Source: Macrostomum lignano (taxonomy: Eukaryota). From it: a DNA stretch of 64,000 nt. Location: the NCBI GenBank assembly GCA_002269645.1, contig NIVC01000986.1, positions 1-64,000 on the forward strand, written 5' to 3'. The notes under the pieces are model-generated. The model was given only the letters and a program-made list of their open reading frames with translations, ran no database searches and was not told the origin of the DNA. Positions 1 to 14,072 of this stretch are shown piece by piece. Position 1 is the stretch's first letter, and each line of letters begins with the position of its first letter. The translations under genes and the position numbers were made by a program.

Positions 1-1730
1 AAAGCTTTTCTCGATTCTTATTCTGCTGGGAAGATACTCTCAGCCTGCCTGCTAACGCTGTCTTTTGCATCTCCTGGCACCTTCTTTTGAACTCATCTTC
101 TTCTGCGGCTGAATGCGTTTAATGCCCTGCTTCTTTCTGAATTCCACGCCTCCCATTTTTTTCTGTTTTCTTCTCGGATCCTATCCTGCTGATCCTTCTG
201 CTCTTTTATCTTTCTTTCGTCAAAGAGTGTCCGTTCTCTGTCACTCTGCTTCAGCTGCTCTCGAGCTGTTTGCATTTCTTTGCTCCCGCTCTGCGTTTCC
301 TGTCAGCAAACATAGACTTCGTTTCATATTTTATATTCTGCCTGCCTGTTTGCCGTCATAGCTCAGATGAATAAATCCCTCTGCCGGTGAATCCAGCTTC
401 CATTCTTTGTTTCTGATCCATTGCACCAAGACTGCATGTTTGGGTTTTGAATGGTCTCGTGTTTACCGTGCATTCCGTGTTTGAAGTAAATGTTAACCGG
501 TAGACCTGCGTAGTCATAATGAACTGATCTACCAGATGGCAAATTGATGAGCTCGGATCCAGCACCAACTCCTATCACCTTGTACTTCGCTGCCACGCTC
601 CAGTCCTCTTCTGTGTCGTTACAGAGCTTGCTCCCGGTGTTGCCCATGCTGCAAAGTTAATGCAGTTGTTATTAAATTGAAGCAAATCAAAAAACGCACG
701 GACACTAAAAGCAGCAAAAAATGGAGAATGTATGTTCCACGTTCTACGAGCTCGTACCTCGTTAACGAGAAGTTTGCTTCCACACCCTGATTGCTGCCCA
801 CATTCGCTACTGGAGAAGGGTAAGCCATCGATAGCAGGCGCTTTGGTCTGGAGCTGACCTTCGAGCTTCATTCTAGAGCCAGTTCATTCTAGCTTACGAA
901 AATCCTTATTTTATCCTTTTTATCCAATGGGACCCCAAGGAAGGGACTTTGGTGGGAAGTCTCGACATTAACTGGTTTAATTCTAGTCAACTGGTCTGAC
1001 AAGTTATCAATTGCAGTAGTTTGTTCAAATCCCCGCATTGAAACTTAATGTATAAAAAATGTAGTTTTTTTGTAAGCAATAAAATCACAGTGACCAACAG
1101 CCTATGAGCTATGAGTATGCAGTCAATTCCATATTGGAGCTTCAGTTATAAATTCAAATCCCATGCGAGTACATTATATGCTTGCACAAAGCAATAACGT
1201 TTCTTTCTTACCTTTGGGCATGTGACGTGTATAGCAACCAGGATCAAGATTTTTAAGCAGTGATTAATCGAGAATTTTTTTATTATGTTTTATATTTATA
1301 AATGTCTTACTTACCAGTCCACTTTATCTCATATTTGCGATGGTGCAAGAATTAGTACCTTGTAGAAGGTAACTGCAAGAAACAAACAGCATGGGTTAGA
1401 AATTTAGCGCACTGTAAGTACGCAATTATAGTGTAATACACTGCAAAATGTACGCAGAAATGGCCCGCCTCCTCGGGTCCATGAGCACACAAAACTGAAC
1501 TTCTCTTTCTGTTGAACAGTACGAGCGTAGACCGACTGCAGGTACAGATGAAACTTTCTCACCTTTTAAGAAAGGATAATTTTTTCGTATAGTGAATTTG
1601 CATGCACTCTGCCTCTTAGCTGAGCCACAATAAGTGAAGTTGTCTAGATTCCTAGAACCTCCTTCCCTAACAGGTACATGAATCTACTGTCAGATAAGAT
1701 TTTCTGACATATTTTTCTCAAAAACTTCAA

Positions 1731-4700
1731 ATGAACGACGACGGGCACGACTTAAAGCACCATTTTCGCTTTCTAGTCAAAAACAAAAGATCCACAAGGC
1801 AGAATGGAAGCCTGGAAAGTGTGCTCGTCTTTGATTTGGAAGGACCTCCTTCTTTTTCGTCCAGTAGATGGACAGAAGCGAGCAAGAAGCAAAAGACAAA
1901 CCACGCGGAAGTCGAAAAATGGTTTGTCAAGTTTAGGAGGAGCCATGAGGAGGTAAGACCACTTTTGAAGAGATTTTGATTTACATCATTTTCAAATTCA
2001 AGGTGCCGCCTGTACTTTAGGTCAAAAGCTCACTGTAATCAGCAAGCTCACTAGATGCAGAACAATAATTGTAGTCAATTATTTTTCTGAAATCTATAGC
2101 ACACATACATACAGACAACTCATTTTTTGTATATAGGATCCTGTGATGCCAGTCGGCTTATTCATACTCGTACCTTTCCTTAAAGCTTGAGGCTAGAGGC
2201 TAGCTAGCCTAGATGCATAAGGCTTGTATTGTACGAGCGTACTTTACTCTCTCGTGTTGCACTGGCGCATTTGGTGGTGGTTGGCGTTGCAAATCGTCCT
2301 GAACAAGTGCAAGCAGTGTAAAGCAGGCTCCTAGCTGCAGGCTGCAGTCCAAGGACAGCGGGGGAGGCAGGAGTCGCTCATTCCTCATCTAATTAATGAA
2401 AAAACGAATTATCTTCCATTTTTTCTCCATTAAGGTTCCAAGTGAATTTTCAAACAAAACTACTGAGGAACAGTTAGGTGCGAATCAAGTGCAATACTGT
2501 GGCTAGACATGCTTTTTGGTCTATTGTCTACACACGTCATTCCTCTCTTCCCGGGAAATAGGAGTTTATGCGCCATTTTTTAGTTCTCGGCTCACGGTGC
2601 GCCGTTGCAAATGAAGAGTCCTTAGCTATCCATACTAGAAATTATCTGTACCAAGAATATGTTTTCGTTCCCTGCCATCTTCCACCTTCACCAAAATAGA
2701 CATGAGCTCGCGCTAGATGGCTTGAGTAACCAAATACTGAGATGCGATTCTATCATTCTCAAACCGCTGTGAGCGGACAATAAGTTCGGGCTTGGAGGTA
2801 AGTTTGGGACTACTTCGAACAGTGAGCAGTTTTCTCTTTGCTTGCGATTCTCCTGATCGCCCTGTGTGCTGCAATTCCGCCGAGCGTTTCAACTTGCATT
2901 GTTTTATGGAACGGGCGCTCTATAGCTCCCAGTTTATGATAAGATGACGCGGTTGTGTTCAATCAAAATTCGTCAATGCAGACCTCGAGTTCTTTGTGTT
3001 TTTTTACTCCCCATACCCACTCGCTCCAGATCAGATCTACACGTGGGATGTAGAAGAAGGGTGTTTGATTTGCGTTTTAGTTTGTAAACAGTGAGTTCGT
3101 GCTGCATTTAACCGTCTCTCTATACCCTTGTAGATTAATGTGTAGTGCGTATGCTGTGTCATCTCAATTCAGAATCGTCCTATTTCCTTTGCTACTCCTT
3201 TCAGAGGAAGGAACAATGGAGCTGCAATGTCGAAGTAAATAAAAAAAGAAGAGAAGTGTCTTTGGCAGTATTAGGCATGACAATCTTGGATAATATCAAA
3301 ATTAGTTCGACAAAGATCACGGTGGCCGACTGCAAGCAGGAATTTAACCAATTGGTCTTGGAGTCCACAAAGGGAATTAATATCTCATCTAGATGCATGC
3401 AAGGGTCCAAAATAAAACTTCTTTCTTCAGAAGTTGTGTTGGCAGAAAGCTCAGTTGTTCAGTGCTCGCAGTTGCTATGCGAATCAACGATCCGGGAGGT
3501 GTCATCCAGCCTGATTGTGTTTGGCAGCATCTTGCCGCTTCCCTGTTCAACTGAGGAAGCTGATGGCAGCCTTTCCATTCGAGTTAATGGAAATATTGTA
3601 GTAAAAATGGATGCAAAAATCGGATATTCGGACCGGCATAAAAAGGCCAAAGAAGTAAGTTTGATCAGTACTGATGGCATAACAAATGTTGGAGTCGTAT
3701 TTGCTGAACACAAGATAGAAATCTCGGCAAAGCAGATTCGCTCTCCAGTATCGAGCAAGGAGTCTGCAGCTCGTGTGTCAAAATACCTCAGTAACGCTGG
3801 CAAGCAAAGCAAGGCTGAAAGGAAAGCGAGAGACGCCGACAAGCAACTGATCGATTCGTCCACAGGTGATTCTGCAGCAATGAAAAAGCTGCTATTTTCT
3901 GGGGCTGATCCTACATTCAGAGACAAAAAAGGTGAAAGCGCCATTGCGAAGCTCAGAAAGGCGATTGCTGATCTGGGAACTGCGCCGAATCCACCAGGTG
4001 TCGCTGAAAAGAATAAACTCAATAAGAACGCGATACTCCTGAAGTGGGAGGCAAACAGTAAGGGAAAATACCAGTCACAGAGTATCTGCTGTCTTGTTAG
4101 TGAGGATGTTGCCAACCTCAGCCAGTTTCTGGGTGCAAAAGTTCATCTTGAAATTGGTGGGGATGCGTTTGTCGAAGAAAGGTCTGTATGGAAAAGTGGG
4201 TCAATCAGCGGTTGGTGCCGCGGTAGGCTCAATGTCCAAGGAGAAGTCAAGATAGAAGAGCTGAATAAATTCGAGGTTGGAAAATGCAGAGTCCAAGCAG
4301 GGGCAGAATTGTGGTTAGTGAATGGCGGTACATTAAGAGTAGTACGTAGTCTTGAAAACATTGGATGCATATACAACAGCTTCAAGAAGCTCTCAATGGA
4401 TGTTGAAAGTTTCTCACAGAGTGTAGTTGCAGCTGCTTATTCTGAGAAGGAGAACAAAGCTGAGCTTCAAATTATCACAAGGAGACCAAGTGAGTCCGTG
4501 TTTGGCAGGCTGGGTGGCTACCGAGTCACCGTCTGCGCATATGCTCGGCTTACGCTTCAGGCTGAAGTTGAGGCCATGGAGTCTTTGGTAGGTGTCATTT
4601 GTAGTCCAGCTGGTCATATTTCGCTGCAAGGAAATATTAAAATAATCGAAGGACCACTTGTTGTACATTCCTGGCTTCGAACCTGTGGCTTTGGACCTGA

Positions 4701-7700
4701 CGTAGATTTAAACTGCAGCATAGAGTGCGCGGGCATAGTCATTCCTGCTGCAACAGTGAACTTTGGTCCTAATAGCCAGTTGCTGTGTCCTCCACAGTGT
4801 AGTCCAGAATATTGCGCGAATAGCATCGAAATCGTGTTAAACAAAGCTCAAACACAAAGCGGATCAGTATGGGAGTTCTTTACTCGCGAAGTGAGCATCT
4901 TCATCGGAACTAAATTCACTCACCAAGGCAGCCTGAAGCTTTGCAAGAAAGGCGAAACAGGTCTTGAGACAAGAGAAGAGCATGGAGCGTCTGTATACAT
5001 AAGGGGAAACCGATTTGTTAACAAAGGAATGATAAGTGGCATGAAGGCCTTATGCATTGATTTAGACAGTGATTGTGAGCTAGACAGAAACCTTGAAGTA
5101 CATGACTCCATTTCAGTTTTGACAAGAAAGCATCTTACAATATCGTCAAATACTAACTTGAAGTCCGCTAACGGAAGCTTGGCGATCAGTGCAAATTTCA
5201 TAGCTAATTTTGGTGCTGTTCACAGCCACACGGATTTGATCATCGAGTCCGGAGACATTGATAATTCAGCTGGGAGCATTGCATCAGACCATGGAATCGT
5301 CTTTATTGCCTGGTTAGGGCCACAGGAAAGCTGCTACCTCGAGGGCCATGTACAAGCGGGTTCGCAGCTCGTGTGCACAGCAGCAAATTCTAATATGCTG
5401 CATATCCACGCCAAATCTCACAGCCAGCCATTGCAACTGCAAATTCCAATGAACGGCGCCAGCTTCCAATGCTTGTCAGGATCCGTGGCACTTCATTCAA
5501 AAGTGTGCTCGCCTGAGCAAACTTTTCTTCATTTAAGAGCTTCCGAATTAATCGAACTGCAGCGAAGCGTCACTTGCGACACACTCCTCGTTCAGCCGGC
5601 CGCGTCTGCTTCGGAGATGAAGCTGACAGTATCGAAACTGGAGAAAATAGCGGTGGGCTGTTTGTTAATCAGCCACGTGAACGACCGGCAGAACCAAAAT
5701 GCTAAAGCAATTGTAATTGAAGGCCAGCAAGGGTCAAAATTAAAATGCAACAAATTTATGGGGTCTGAAATCAGTCTTGAGCTGAAAATAGCCGCTGAAA
5801 TGGATATGCCAAGCCAGATTATGGCACAGCAGCTGTTTATTTCACAGGACTTGACCGTTCAAAGCCAGCAAGGCGTGTGCGGAGAATTTCTAGTCAGCTG
5901 CGAAACTGAACTGAAGATTAGTGGCAATGCGGAGTTCGTTGGGGCAAGCAGCTGTCTTGTGAGAGCTCGCAGACTGTTACTCTGTGATGCGGCCGTACTT
6001 CGCCTCTTGCGTCTGACACACGTGACTATTCTGGCAAAGGAAGTCGTGACTAAAGGTATTTTTTTCGCTTCTTTAAAAGATAAAGACCGTGCCGCGATAG
6101 TGATACATGCGGATGAGTTTTATTGTCATGGATTGATTCAGTTTGGAAGTGAAAGCTCGACAAATCTCATTTTGCATGTCAACGAATGCACAATAAGCGG
6201 TCGCATCGTTCACGGCAATCAGCCATCGCTGATGCTGATTGAATTCTCCAAAAGTGCCACGGTTCTGCCGGAGAGCGAAATTGATTTAGGGAAACTTCTG
6301 CTAATTGGGGGATGCGAAGGTACATGCAATTTTAAGTCTGCAACCCTTTCAGTGTCTGAGTTAATGGCTATAAAATCTGTGCGCCGGTTGTCCTGGGAGA
6401 CCAGCAAAGTCAAGCTGAACCAGGCACGCTTCATTGTAAAAAACGTTGAGCAGGTCGCTCTTAAAAAAACTGAAATCATCTGCCCTCAAGGTGTTGTGCT
6501 TGACGAGTCACTAGTGGGAAGCTATGAAGTGAGCACAGCTAAAGTAAAAATCTGTGCTCAAAAGTTCACCCTGGAAACTGGTTCCGAGATTCGCAACATT
6601 GATACACTTGAAATTCACGCCTGGAAATGCGCCCGTTTTGAACTAGGCAGCAAAGTACAATTTTGCAATAACTTTTATCTAAGAAGCAGATTCATTTACT
6701 TTCAGGCGTCCGTACACGATACGGGTGGCATTGATTGTCAAGCGGAAAGTATCGTAGTGACTGGGAGGGTGGATTGCTTTAGATCGCTGTCCATTGCTGC
6801 ATCTCAGCTGCTGCACAATCAGGGAACGTTGAGTGCAAAAGATGTCAGACTCGATGCTACCGCTAAGCTGCACATGTGCTCGAGCAGCGAGGATCAGTTC
6901 TACCCAGCGATAATTTCGGCAAAAAGCTCACTGCAGCTGAATAGCTACATCATGTTGTCTATATATGCCGAACTACGCAGCCCCACAATAGCAGTCAAGA
7001 ACATTGCTCACTTTGGCTTTGCTGAGCACGTGTGCACAACAGGCGAATCTAAAGTTGGGCAACAAAGCGCGAGTCGTGAAGAAGTTGAAAAATTCCTGGG
7101 TGCCAACTCTACAGTTGTCCCCCAGCCAAACAGCGAGATGCAAAATCTATTTGAATTCATGGTGCTTGAATCGGTAAAAATGTTTTTAGAAGATCACAGG
7201 CGGTGTGCACAGCTCGTCTTCACTGCCACTAAATGGTTGGCAGAGACGCTAAAACGAATCCGGACTTCTAGCCCTGAGCAAAATTCAATGGATGAATTCG
7301 TTTGTTTAGTCGCGAAGCTCACTAATGCGGTCAGAGAAGGCTCGCCTGAGCCAGAAGAAGAACTAATCGCCTTCTGGGAAGAATTATGCCACAGCGACTG
7401 GCTTCCGCTAAAGCTTCAAGGGATTTTCGAACGCAGCCACTGCCTGTGTCTGGTGGGGCCAACTCGAATAGAAGCGGCGAAAATAATTCACGAGTGCAAA
7501 TTCTGGCGTTGCGATGGGTCCATATCCGTAAAGGACGGAGTCCTCATCAAGGCTGTCCACGTGCAGCTGTGGTCCGAACAGCCAACAACTTGGCTTGTGT
7601 GCACTGCAGATGTGCACATTTTAGCGGATGAAAAATTGAGAGTTCGATTCTTGACATCAAGCGAGGGCTCAGTCACTCTGAGGGGTGGGGTAATCGAAGC

Positions 7701-10700
7701 ACACGGAATCTGGTCTGCAGAGACCATGTTGATGTCGACTGATCAGAGTCTGGTGATTGACGAACTCCTTGGTGAGACTGGTGTCTGGATTTCGGCTGTG
7801 GATGCCACGGTGACTAACGCAGCTGCCTGGAAAATGCACCTTCTGTCTGAATCAGGAAGTATAGAAAACAGTATAATTACCAAAGCACTGGAGGTAAGTT
7901 GTTCAGAAGAATTTAATGCAAAGCTAATTTTTACAAAGCATGCGCACCTGCTTGCCTCTGAGAAATCCGGCATGGGAAGGATAAAGTTGGAGTCTTCTAA
8001 AATAAAAGTCTGCATTGTTTCGAGCGACTTTTGCCAGACGCTGAAGTGCTCTTTTGTCGATTGGCATTGTCTGATTACACGCGACCTGTTACTCAGATCA
8101 TCGAAAGTGCATAATATTTTCGTAGCTAATGTTTGCAATGAGCTTACTATTACTGCCGGTTGCCACCTTGAGAAATTACAATGCAGAGTACACCAGACAC
8201 TGAGCATTGACCAACTCAAAGCACAAGATATATCTGTGGCTTGCTCAGATTTCAAGGCTTCCTTTTTATCGGCGAGAACATTAGAGGTTGTTGCTACAGA
8301 AACCATTACAATAAGCGACTCCAGTATTATGGACCTGACGGCTCGCTCAGGCAACAATTTGGAGATTTCAGGCAATACGGCTAAGACAGACCTCGGAACT
8401 GCAATCTGCGTGAGCGGAAAATCTCTCGCAATAATAAATGCTTACGCTACTGAAAAGCTGGTCGTATGTTCCAATTGCGTTAGCATTAGAGGCACCATGC
8501 TTTCGGAGCTCCGAGTAATTTGTCCGGGCAAAGGTGAAATCGTCATTGAGAGCTCGATGGTCGGTAATGATTTCGTGGCTCTGTGCCGGAAACTTGCCTC
8601 AAAGCAAAGCAAATTTGTTCGGTTGTTCTTCAGGGGCAAGCAGTTAAGCGTGTTCCAGACAGAGGCAAAGCAGATTTATGCAGATGCTGACGAATGCTTC
8701 CGCCTGTCAAAGTCAAGTGTCTCAGAAAATCTCATCGCTTGGTCCGAAGCTGCGCATTCATTTTTAAGTTACCTGGGCTCAATGAAACTTCGCCACTGCT
8801 CAGTGGGATCTACAGTGAGAACGTGCGAAGTGGAGGGGAACATGGAGATTCTCTGTCGCATGCTCAAAATGTCCGATTCCAGCGCAAATTCTCTCATGAT
8901 CCTGTCAGGAGGAAATACCAAATTGGAGAGGCTGATGATTACGAATTCCTGTGATGCTGCCATTGTAGGCTCAACTACCTTGAAAGATTGTCAGCTGGGG
9001 CAACTAAATCTGCTGACTGATTCCTCACTGCAAGTCAGTAAACTTATCGTTAATGGCGGTGCTTGCATTGCTGCCAAAGGCGATGCAGCACTTCGACAAA
9101 TCATGGTGGGAAGTCTAAATATAGACACGAGGAACTTCCGTCTGTTCGTTTCTGACCTCAATTCTGCCGGCCTGAGTCATTTGAAGTCGGGGAGATTGTG
9201 CGTGTCCGGATGCCAGTGTCTGTCGGATCTGCAGCTGACAGCTGTGTTCTCAGCCCGAGTTTCTCAGTGCTTCGCCACATGCTCTGTCGTTATTCGGGGC
9301 GCCGAATGCGGGCTGCTGAGAGTAGGGCTAATGGAACTACAGGCAGAAGAGCTGACCATTTTGAATTCCCTCTTCGTGGTAGTTAGTTCCATAGAAGTTT
9401 TGGAAAATGCCGTCTTTAAAAACATTTTGGGTGATGTACGAATCAAGTCAAACTGCAGTGTGCATAATTTACAGGTGCAGACAGAAGGCATTTTGGCAGT
9501 CAGTAACTCTGAAGTTGGTCAGATTACATCCCAGTGTCGGCGCTGCTGCATCTCCACCACGTGCGGACTCCAGAAAAACTTCTTCATTCGAGCTGCGGAA
9601 ACAGAGCCCGGACCCACTGTTTTACTGGACACAATATCGAGAATCAACTTGATAGATGCTGCCGGAAGAGAAATTCGCCTGATGGAATGCGTCTTTAACC
9701 TCGGCATCATTCGGACTCACGCACGTGTCCGATTGGAGGGCTGCATGGTCAAAGCGAATGTCGATATTCAGAGCCCCATCGTGAGCGTGTCCGACACAAG
9801 TTCTGATAAAATCCGAATTAGTGACTCAGAATTCTGTGAATTCAAGGAGGTAAAACACGCGCAGATCTGGACGAAGACTTGGGAACTGAAGCTTTTGGAC
9901 TGCTGTCTTCAGGAATTGCAAGCGGAAGTCACTGGTACGGCACGAGTTACTGGTTGCGCGTTCATCGAGAACCTCCTGCTCAAAGCCATCAAGGTGGAAA
10001 TACGCGGTGTAATGGTTCAAAATCGCTTGCAAGTACAAGCGAGGAGGCTTCAGCTGGATGGCAGAGATCCAGACAAGAAGAATGAAGGATACTCTAAAGA
10101 GCTTATGGTGATCTCTGACTCGAGTACGTGCGGTGAAGCAGCATCGGTTTGTGTAAGTGATATCCGAATCGTTCGATTGCAAGTGATCAAGAAACCCAAG
10201 ACCTTAAAACTTGCTCGGGTGACGGTTGAGAAAGCCGTTGTCTTGCCCGCCAATGAGATTGAGCTAGATAATTTTGTCGCCCCGGAGCTATTATTGGACG
10301 CAGATCCTCTGAACTGTGCGATCAATTCAGGATCCATCCATGTTCTTATTGGCTCTGTGCGAAATCTGTCCGTGCTGAAATCTTCATTGAATCGAGTCCG
10401 AATTTCATGCGACACTCTGGTCCTAGCTGATGGAACAGACGTTCAGCAGGAGCTGATAGCTGAAGTAAGGGACGTGCGGATCTCAGACTCTAAATTTGGG
10501 TCAGTTTTTATTTCGCCAGAAGTCCCATACGAAAACAATTGCACAGCTATCGCAAAGATTCAAAGTGTCGTAACGGAATCTACCTTTCAAATATTAGACT
10601 TTCGGGATATTTTACTCGGCAATTATTGCATATTCAATGGCGAATCAATACTAAAGTGCCGTACATTCAAAGCAACGGAGTTCAGCCGATTTGACTTAGA

Positions 10701-12594
10701 TGTGACTATTGACTGTGAGTCTTGCGAATGGAAAGATCCAGTGTTATGTGCATCCTTGACACTACGCTGCTGCACCGGATTCATCGAGAAGGCGAAGGTG
10801 TCCAAGAGCTGCGATTTATTTGTGTCTGGCTCATTGCGAATTGCCGATTGTCAGTTCACCGAGTGTCTTCAGTCGTTCGGAAAGCAAGCAACGCTGGAAC
10901 TCGTGAGCCCAAGGCTTGGCCGGTTCAAGTTGGAGAGCCATCGACTGACGCTGATGGGCGCAGACGTACAGGACGGATCCTCGACATCCTCGATAAGCGC
11001 GGCCAGCAATGCGCACCTTAGTCGATGCCAGATTGGCGGAAACCTGCAAATAGCATCAAGATGCGTCAGAATCGACAGTCATACTTCAGTCAGCGAGTCG
11101 CTTCGAATAGAATGCTCTGACGGCCTGCACTTGGAGGACACGACTGTGGGCTCACAACTGACAGCCTGTGCCAAAGGCCAAATCTCAGTGAACTCCGGAG
11201 TCACAGCTAAAAATTTTCTCATGCGCTCCGAAATCATTCCAACTTTTCAGCGTGCAAAAAGCTGCAAGTTTGAGCAACTAAAAATAGATTGTTCGAATTT
11301 GAATACAAAAAACTTGATTTGCTTTCTCAGTGAATCGAACTTACAGTGCGTAAGAGAGCTCCTCTGGCTGAGCACTAAACTCGAATTGGATATTCGTAGC
11401 ACTGAACTTGCTCTGGTGTTCGGCCTAACCCTATCTGCCTCATCAATCAGCATCAGCAACTCCAGCCTGATGTCCATCAAGCCGATTTCTTTGATAGCAA
11501 ACAATGGTACAATTGCGCTACAGGAATACACAATAGAAGCTCCACATATTAAACTGGACTGTCAAAATTTGCAGCGAAACAACGGAAAGTACACCCAGCA
11601 TCTCGGATTGGTTGGTACGGTTGAGATAAATAGCAGCGCCCAGCAATCTTTTGAAGATTTTTTAAGCGCTGAGATAAAACTTGATACGCACGCCAGCTTT
11701 CCCAACCCAAATTCAGTCCGAAGCATTTCGATGAGAATAGGCGAATCTTCTGCAGTAACTCCCGAGTTTGCTAGCATTGAGTATCTTCAGCTGTCCGAAG
11801 AAAATTGCTCCCCGAATGGAACTCAGGTATTCTCGAGTACCGAAAGAACTAGGGCCCTTTGCGAGCCCCAACAACAGTCAGCTGCAATCGATTTCAACTC
11901 TGATGCAGCCACAGCCTGCGAACGAACGGGAGGCACCAAAGCCTCCGATCCGGATTGGCAGAAGTTCGATAAAGAATGCCGCTCGGCCGAGGCAGAAATC
12001 CGGGGGGCAATGGACACAGTGCCCACTCAGCTTAACTGCGACTTTATTTTACCGAGTATTGACAAATCACGACGGGAGTTTGAGAAGTTAATGAAGACAG
12101 CAGAGGCTGAGTTTAACCTCGAGTTCCAAGCATCTGATGATGTCTCGGATAGAAGCCGGAGCTGGCGAGACTTCAGGAATGTCTGCTCAGAATGCGCAGT
12201 TCCAGAAGATCCAGAAGATTCAGAAGATTGCTTTCAGAAAGCCAGAGAAGCACAGCGGTCTTTTCTGAGCAGCTGCACGAGCATTCCTGCGAGTACCTCG
12301 GCCATTTGGGAGAAACTGCCCAGCCATCTGCCGCAGGAGCTGGAGAGCTACATGAGCCGCACTCAGCCACTGGCGCGTCGGTCCGAGCTTCGCGTGACCA
12401 TCGGGCCCTCCGGAGTGACCAGCATCGAGGGCGTCATCGCACGGGCCACCTTCTCCAGCGCTGACGTCATGTTGGGCCCCGCCTTTCTGGTGCCGATTTC
12501 CCGAGATCCGGAGGAGCTCTCTGCCAGGAGATTCGACACGAGCAAGCCAGATTTCTTCAAAAACTATTACCAAAGTGACAGCGCTTCAGCTTAA
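1731..12594 (+). CDS. Giant (~3,200 aa) beta-solenoid protein with haemagglutinin-like repeats and one ankyrin-like motif; model: exon 1731-1952 + exon 3205-12594
   Basis: Open frame 3145-12594 (3149 codons). The upstream ORF 1731 (in-frame TAA at 1695) ends ...SHEE at a phase-0 donor GAG|GTAAGA (1952/1953). A phase-0 acceptor TTCCTTTGCTACTCCTTTCAG|AGG lies at 3204/3205, so the join is in frame. Ankyrin-like KKLLFSGADPTFRDKKGESAI at ~3880-3950; FHA-like turns FVNKGMISG, IANFGAVHS, IDNSAGSIAS, LHNQGTLSA; ~17-19-aa beta-coil periodicity downstream. Confidence 0.8.
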
Positions 12595-13817
12595 CGGCAC
12601 ACTAACGAATTTCAGTAAGTGCTTGATTATTTTGTGTCGGGGTGCATCTGCACTGCCTAGCCATCTCGGGCTTGCAGTCAGTGCACCAGTCACTGCACTT
12701 TTATCCCTTCAGTTGTTTAGGCAGTTGTGTACGCGCCACCCACCCCACTGCCTGTCTGGGCCAGCCTGCTTTGGCTGGCTGCGCCCTCTGCTCGCCCTGC
12801 CCCTCGCTTGCCCCACGATTGGCTGGCGGCCCAGTTGATCAATTAGATTGCTTTTTTTCTCCAATCACGACCCCTTCGCGTTCTGCAAGTCGTGAATTTT
12901 GTAATTTTGGCCTCTGCATACTATCGCCAGTAACTGAGAAAAAATCAGTATGCACTCAAAAGCATTCACTGTCAGAATTGGAGAGAGTCCGCCCCTACCG
13001 CCGCCACTGTCACTGCTGTGTCAAGTCAAAGAGTGAGTCGCGTCTCTTATTTATTTGCAGGTTTGGCTGGGTTCGAATCGCGCCATAGGGACGGCTGACA
13101 AAGTCTCGTGACGCGATTCCACGCTTGGAGTCTGAAGTCAGTTCGGCCAGTTGACTAACGCCATCTCTGTGCTCGTCCGCTGAATTAGTTCAGGTTACGA
13201 TCCGGCCTTTCACGACAATTATATGCAGTTTGACTTCTATTTTATTCAAGGACATGCGGCTCCACAAAAGTACAGCCATTTAAAAGTTTCCTTTAAGTCC
13301 GATTTTAAATACTTTACGCACTACCCCCTTTGGTTCATTGATACCCTTTGATATCTTTTCATGTGTATAAGCGTTACTTTTTTAAGTTCACTTATTGTCT
13401 TAGAAATTTTAAATGTTCAATTTTCAACTTATTAACAATTCCATTATCAATTATGAAGTGACAAAAACCCAATAGAAACCAGCAATACGAGTATTCCGTG
13501 TGCGAAGTGCAACTGATTGAAGTAAAACAAAATGAGCATCATAGTTCTGAAATATTTCTCAGAAGAAAATTAATTCATCAAGTTACCTTCAGTACATGAT
13601 TAGGGTATACTCGTACGACAAACACTTGAAGAATTTCGGTTAGACTTCGTTTTTTACTTGCATCTCCGTCCTGTTTTTTCTGTTGCAGTTCGTTCTTTTT
13701 AGATCAAATTTCTTCTTTCACTCCAGACTCTTATTTAGATTCTCTTTCTTTCCTGGCTTCCGGTTTTTCCTTGTTCGGCCTTCATCGTTTGATATTTTTC
13801 TGATTTGGTTCCTCATT

Positions 13818-14003
13818 CTGCTTTGGATCCCCTTTCTTCTTTGAATCCTCTTTCTTATTTATATCACCATTCTTCTTTGGATCCTTTTTCCTCTTTGGAT
13901 CCTCTTTCTTCTTTATATCACTTTTCTTCTTTGGATCCTCTTTCCTCTTTGGATCCTCTTTCTTCTTTATATCACTTTTCTTCTTTGGATCCTCTTTCCT
14001 CTT
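13818..14003 (-). repeat. 51-bp Lys/Asp/Pro-rich tandem repeat (KKKEDPKRKEDPKKKSDI), ~3-4 copies; probably the former C-terminal tail of the MGAT1 pseudogene
   Basis: Repeated TTCTTCTTTGGATCCTCTTTCCTCTTTGGATCC on +; ORF 13782-14054 shows the peptide repeat. Confidence 0.7.
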
Positions 14004-14072
14004 TGGTTTCTCTTTCTTCTTTGATGCTCTTTCTGCTTCTTCCGCACGTTCCACGGGTAAAGGATCTTTTTA

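Noticed and set aside
1-871. Short minus-strand ORFs, one starting MGNTGSK (myristoylation-like), another charged and coiled-coil-like
   Set aside because: The frames do not join, no splice model or domain was recognised, and the region is cut by the window edge.
3145-3204. GTG start of the 3149-aa ORF
   Set aside because: The sequence is eukaryotic and this segment is the polypyrimidine tract and acceptor of intron 1.
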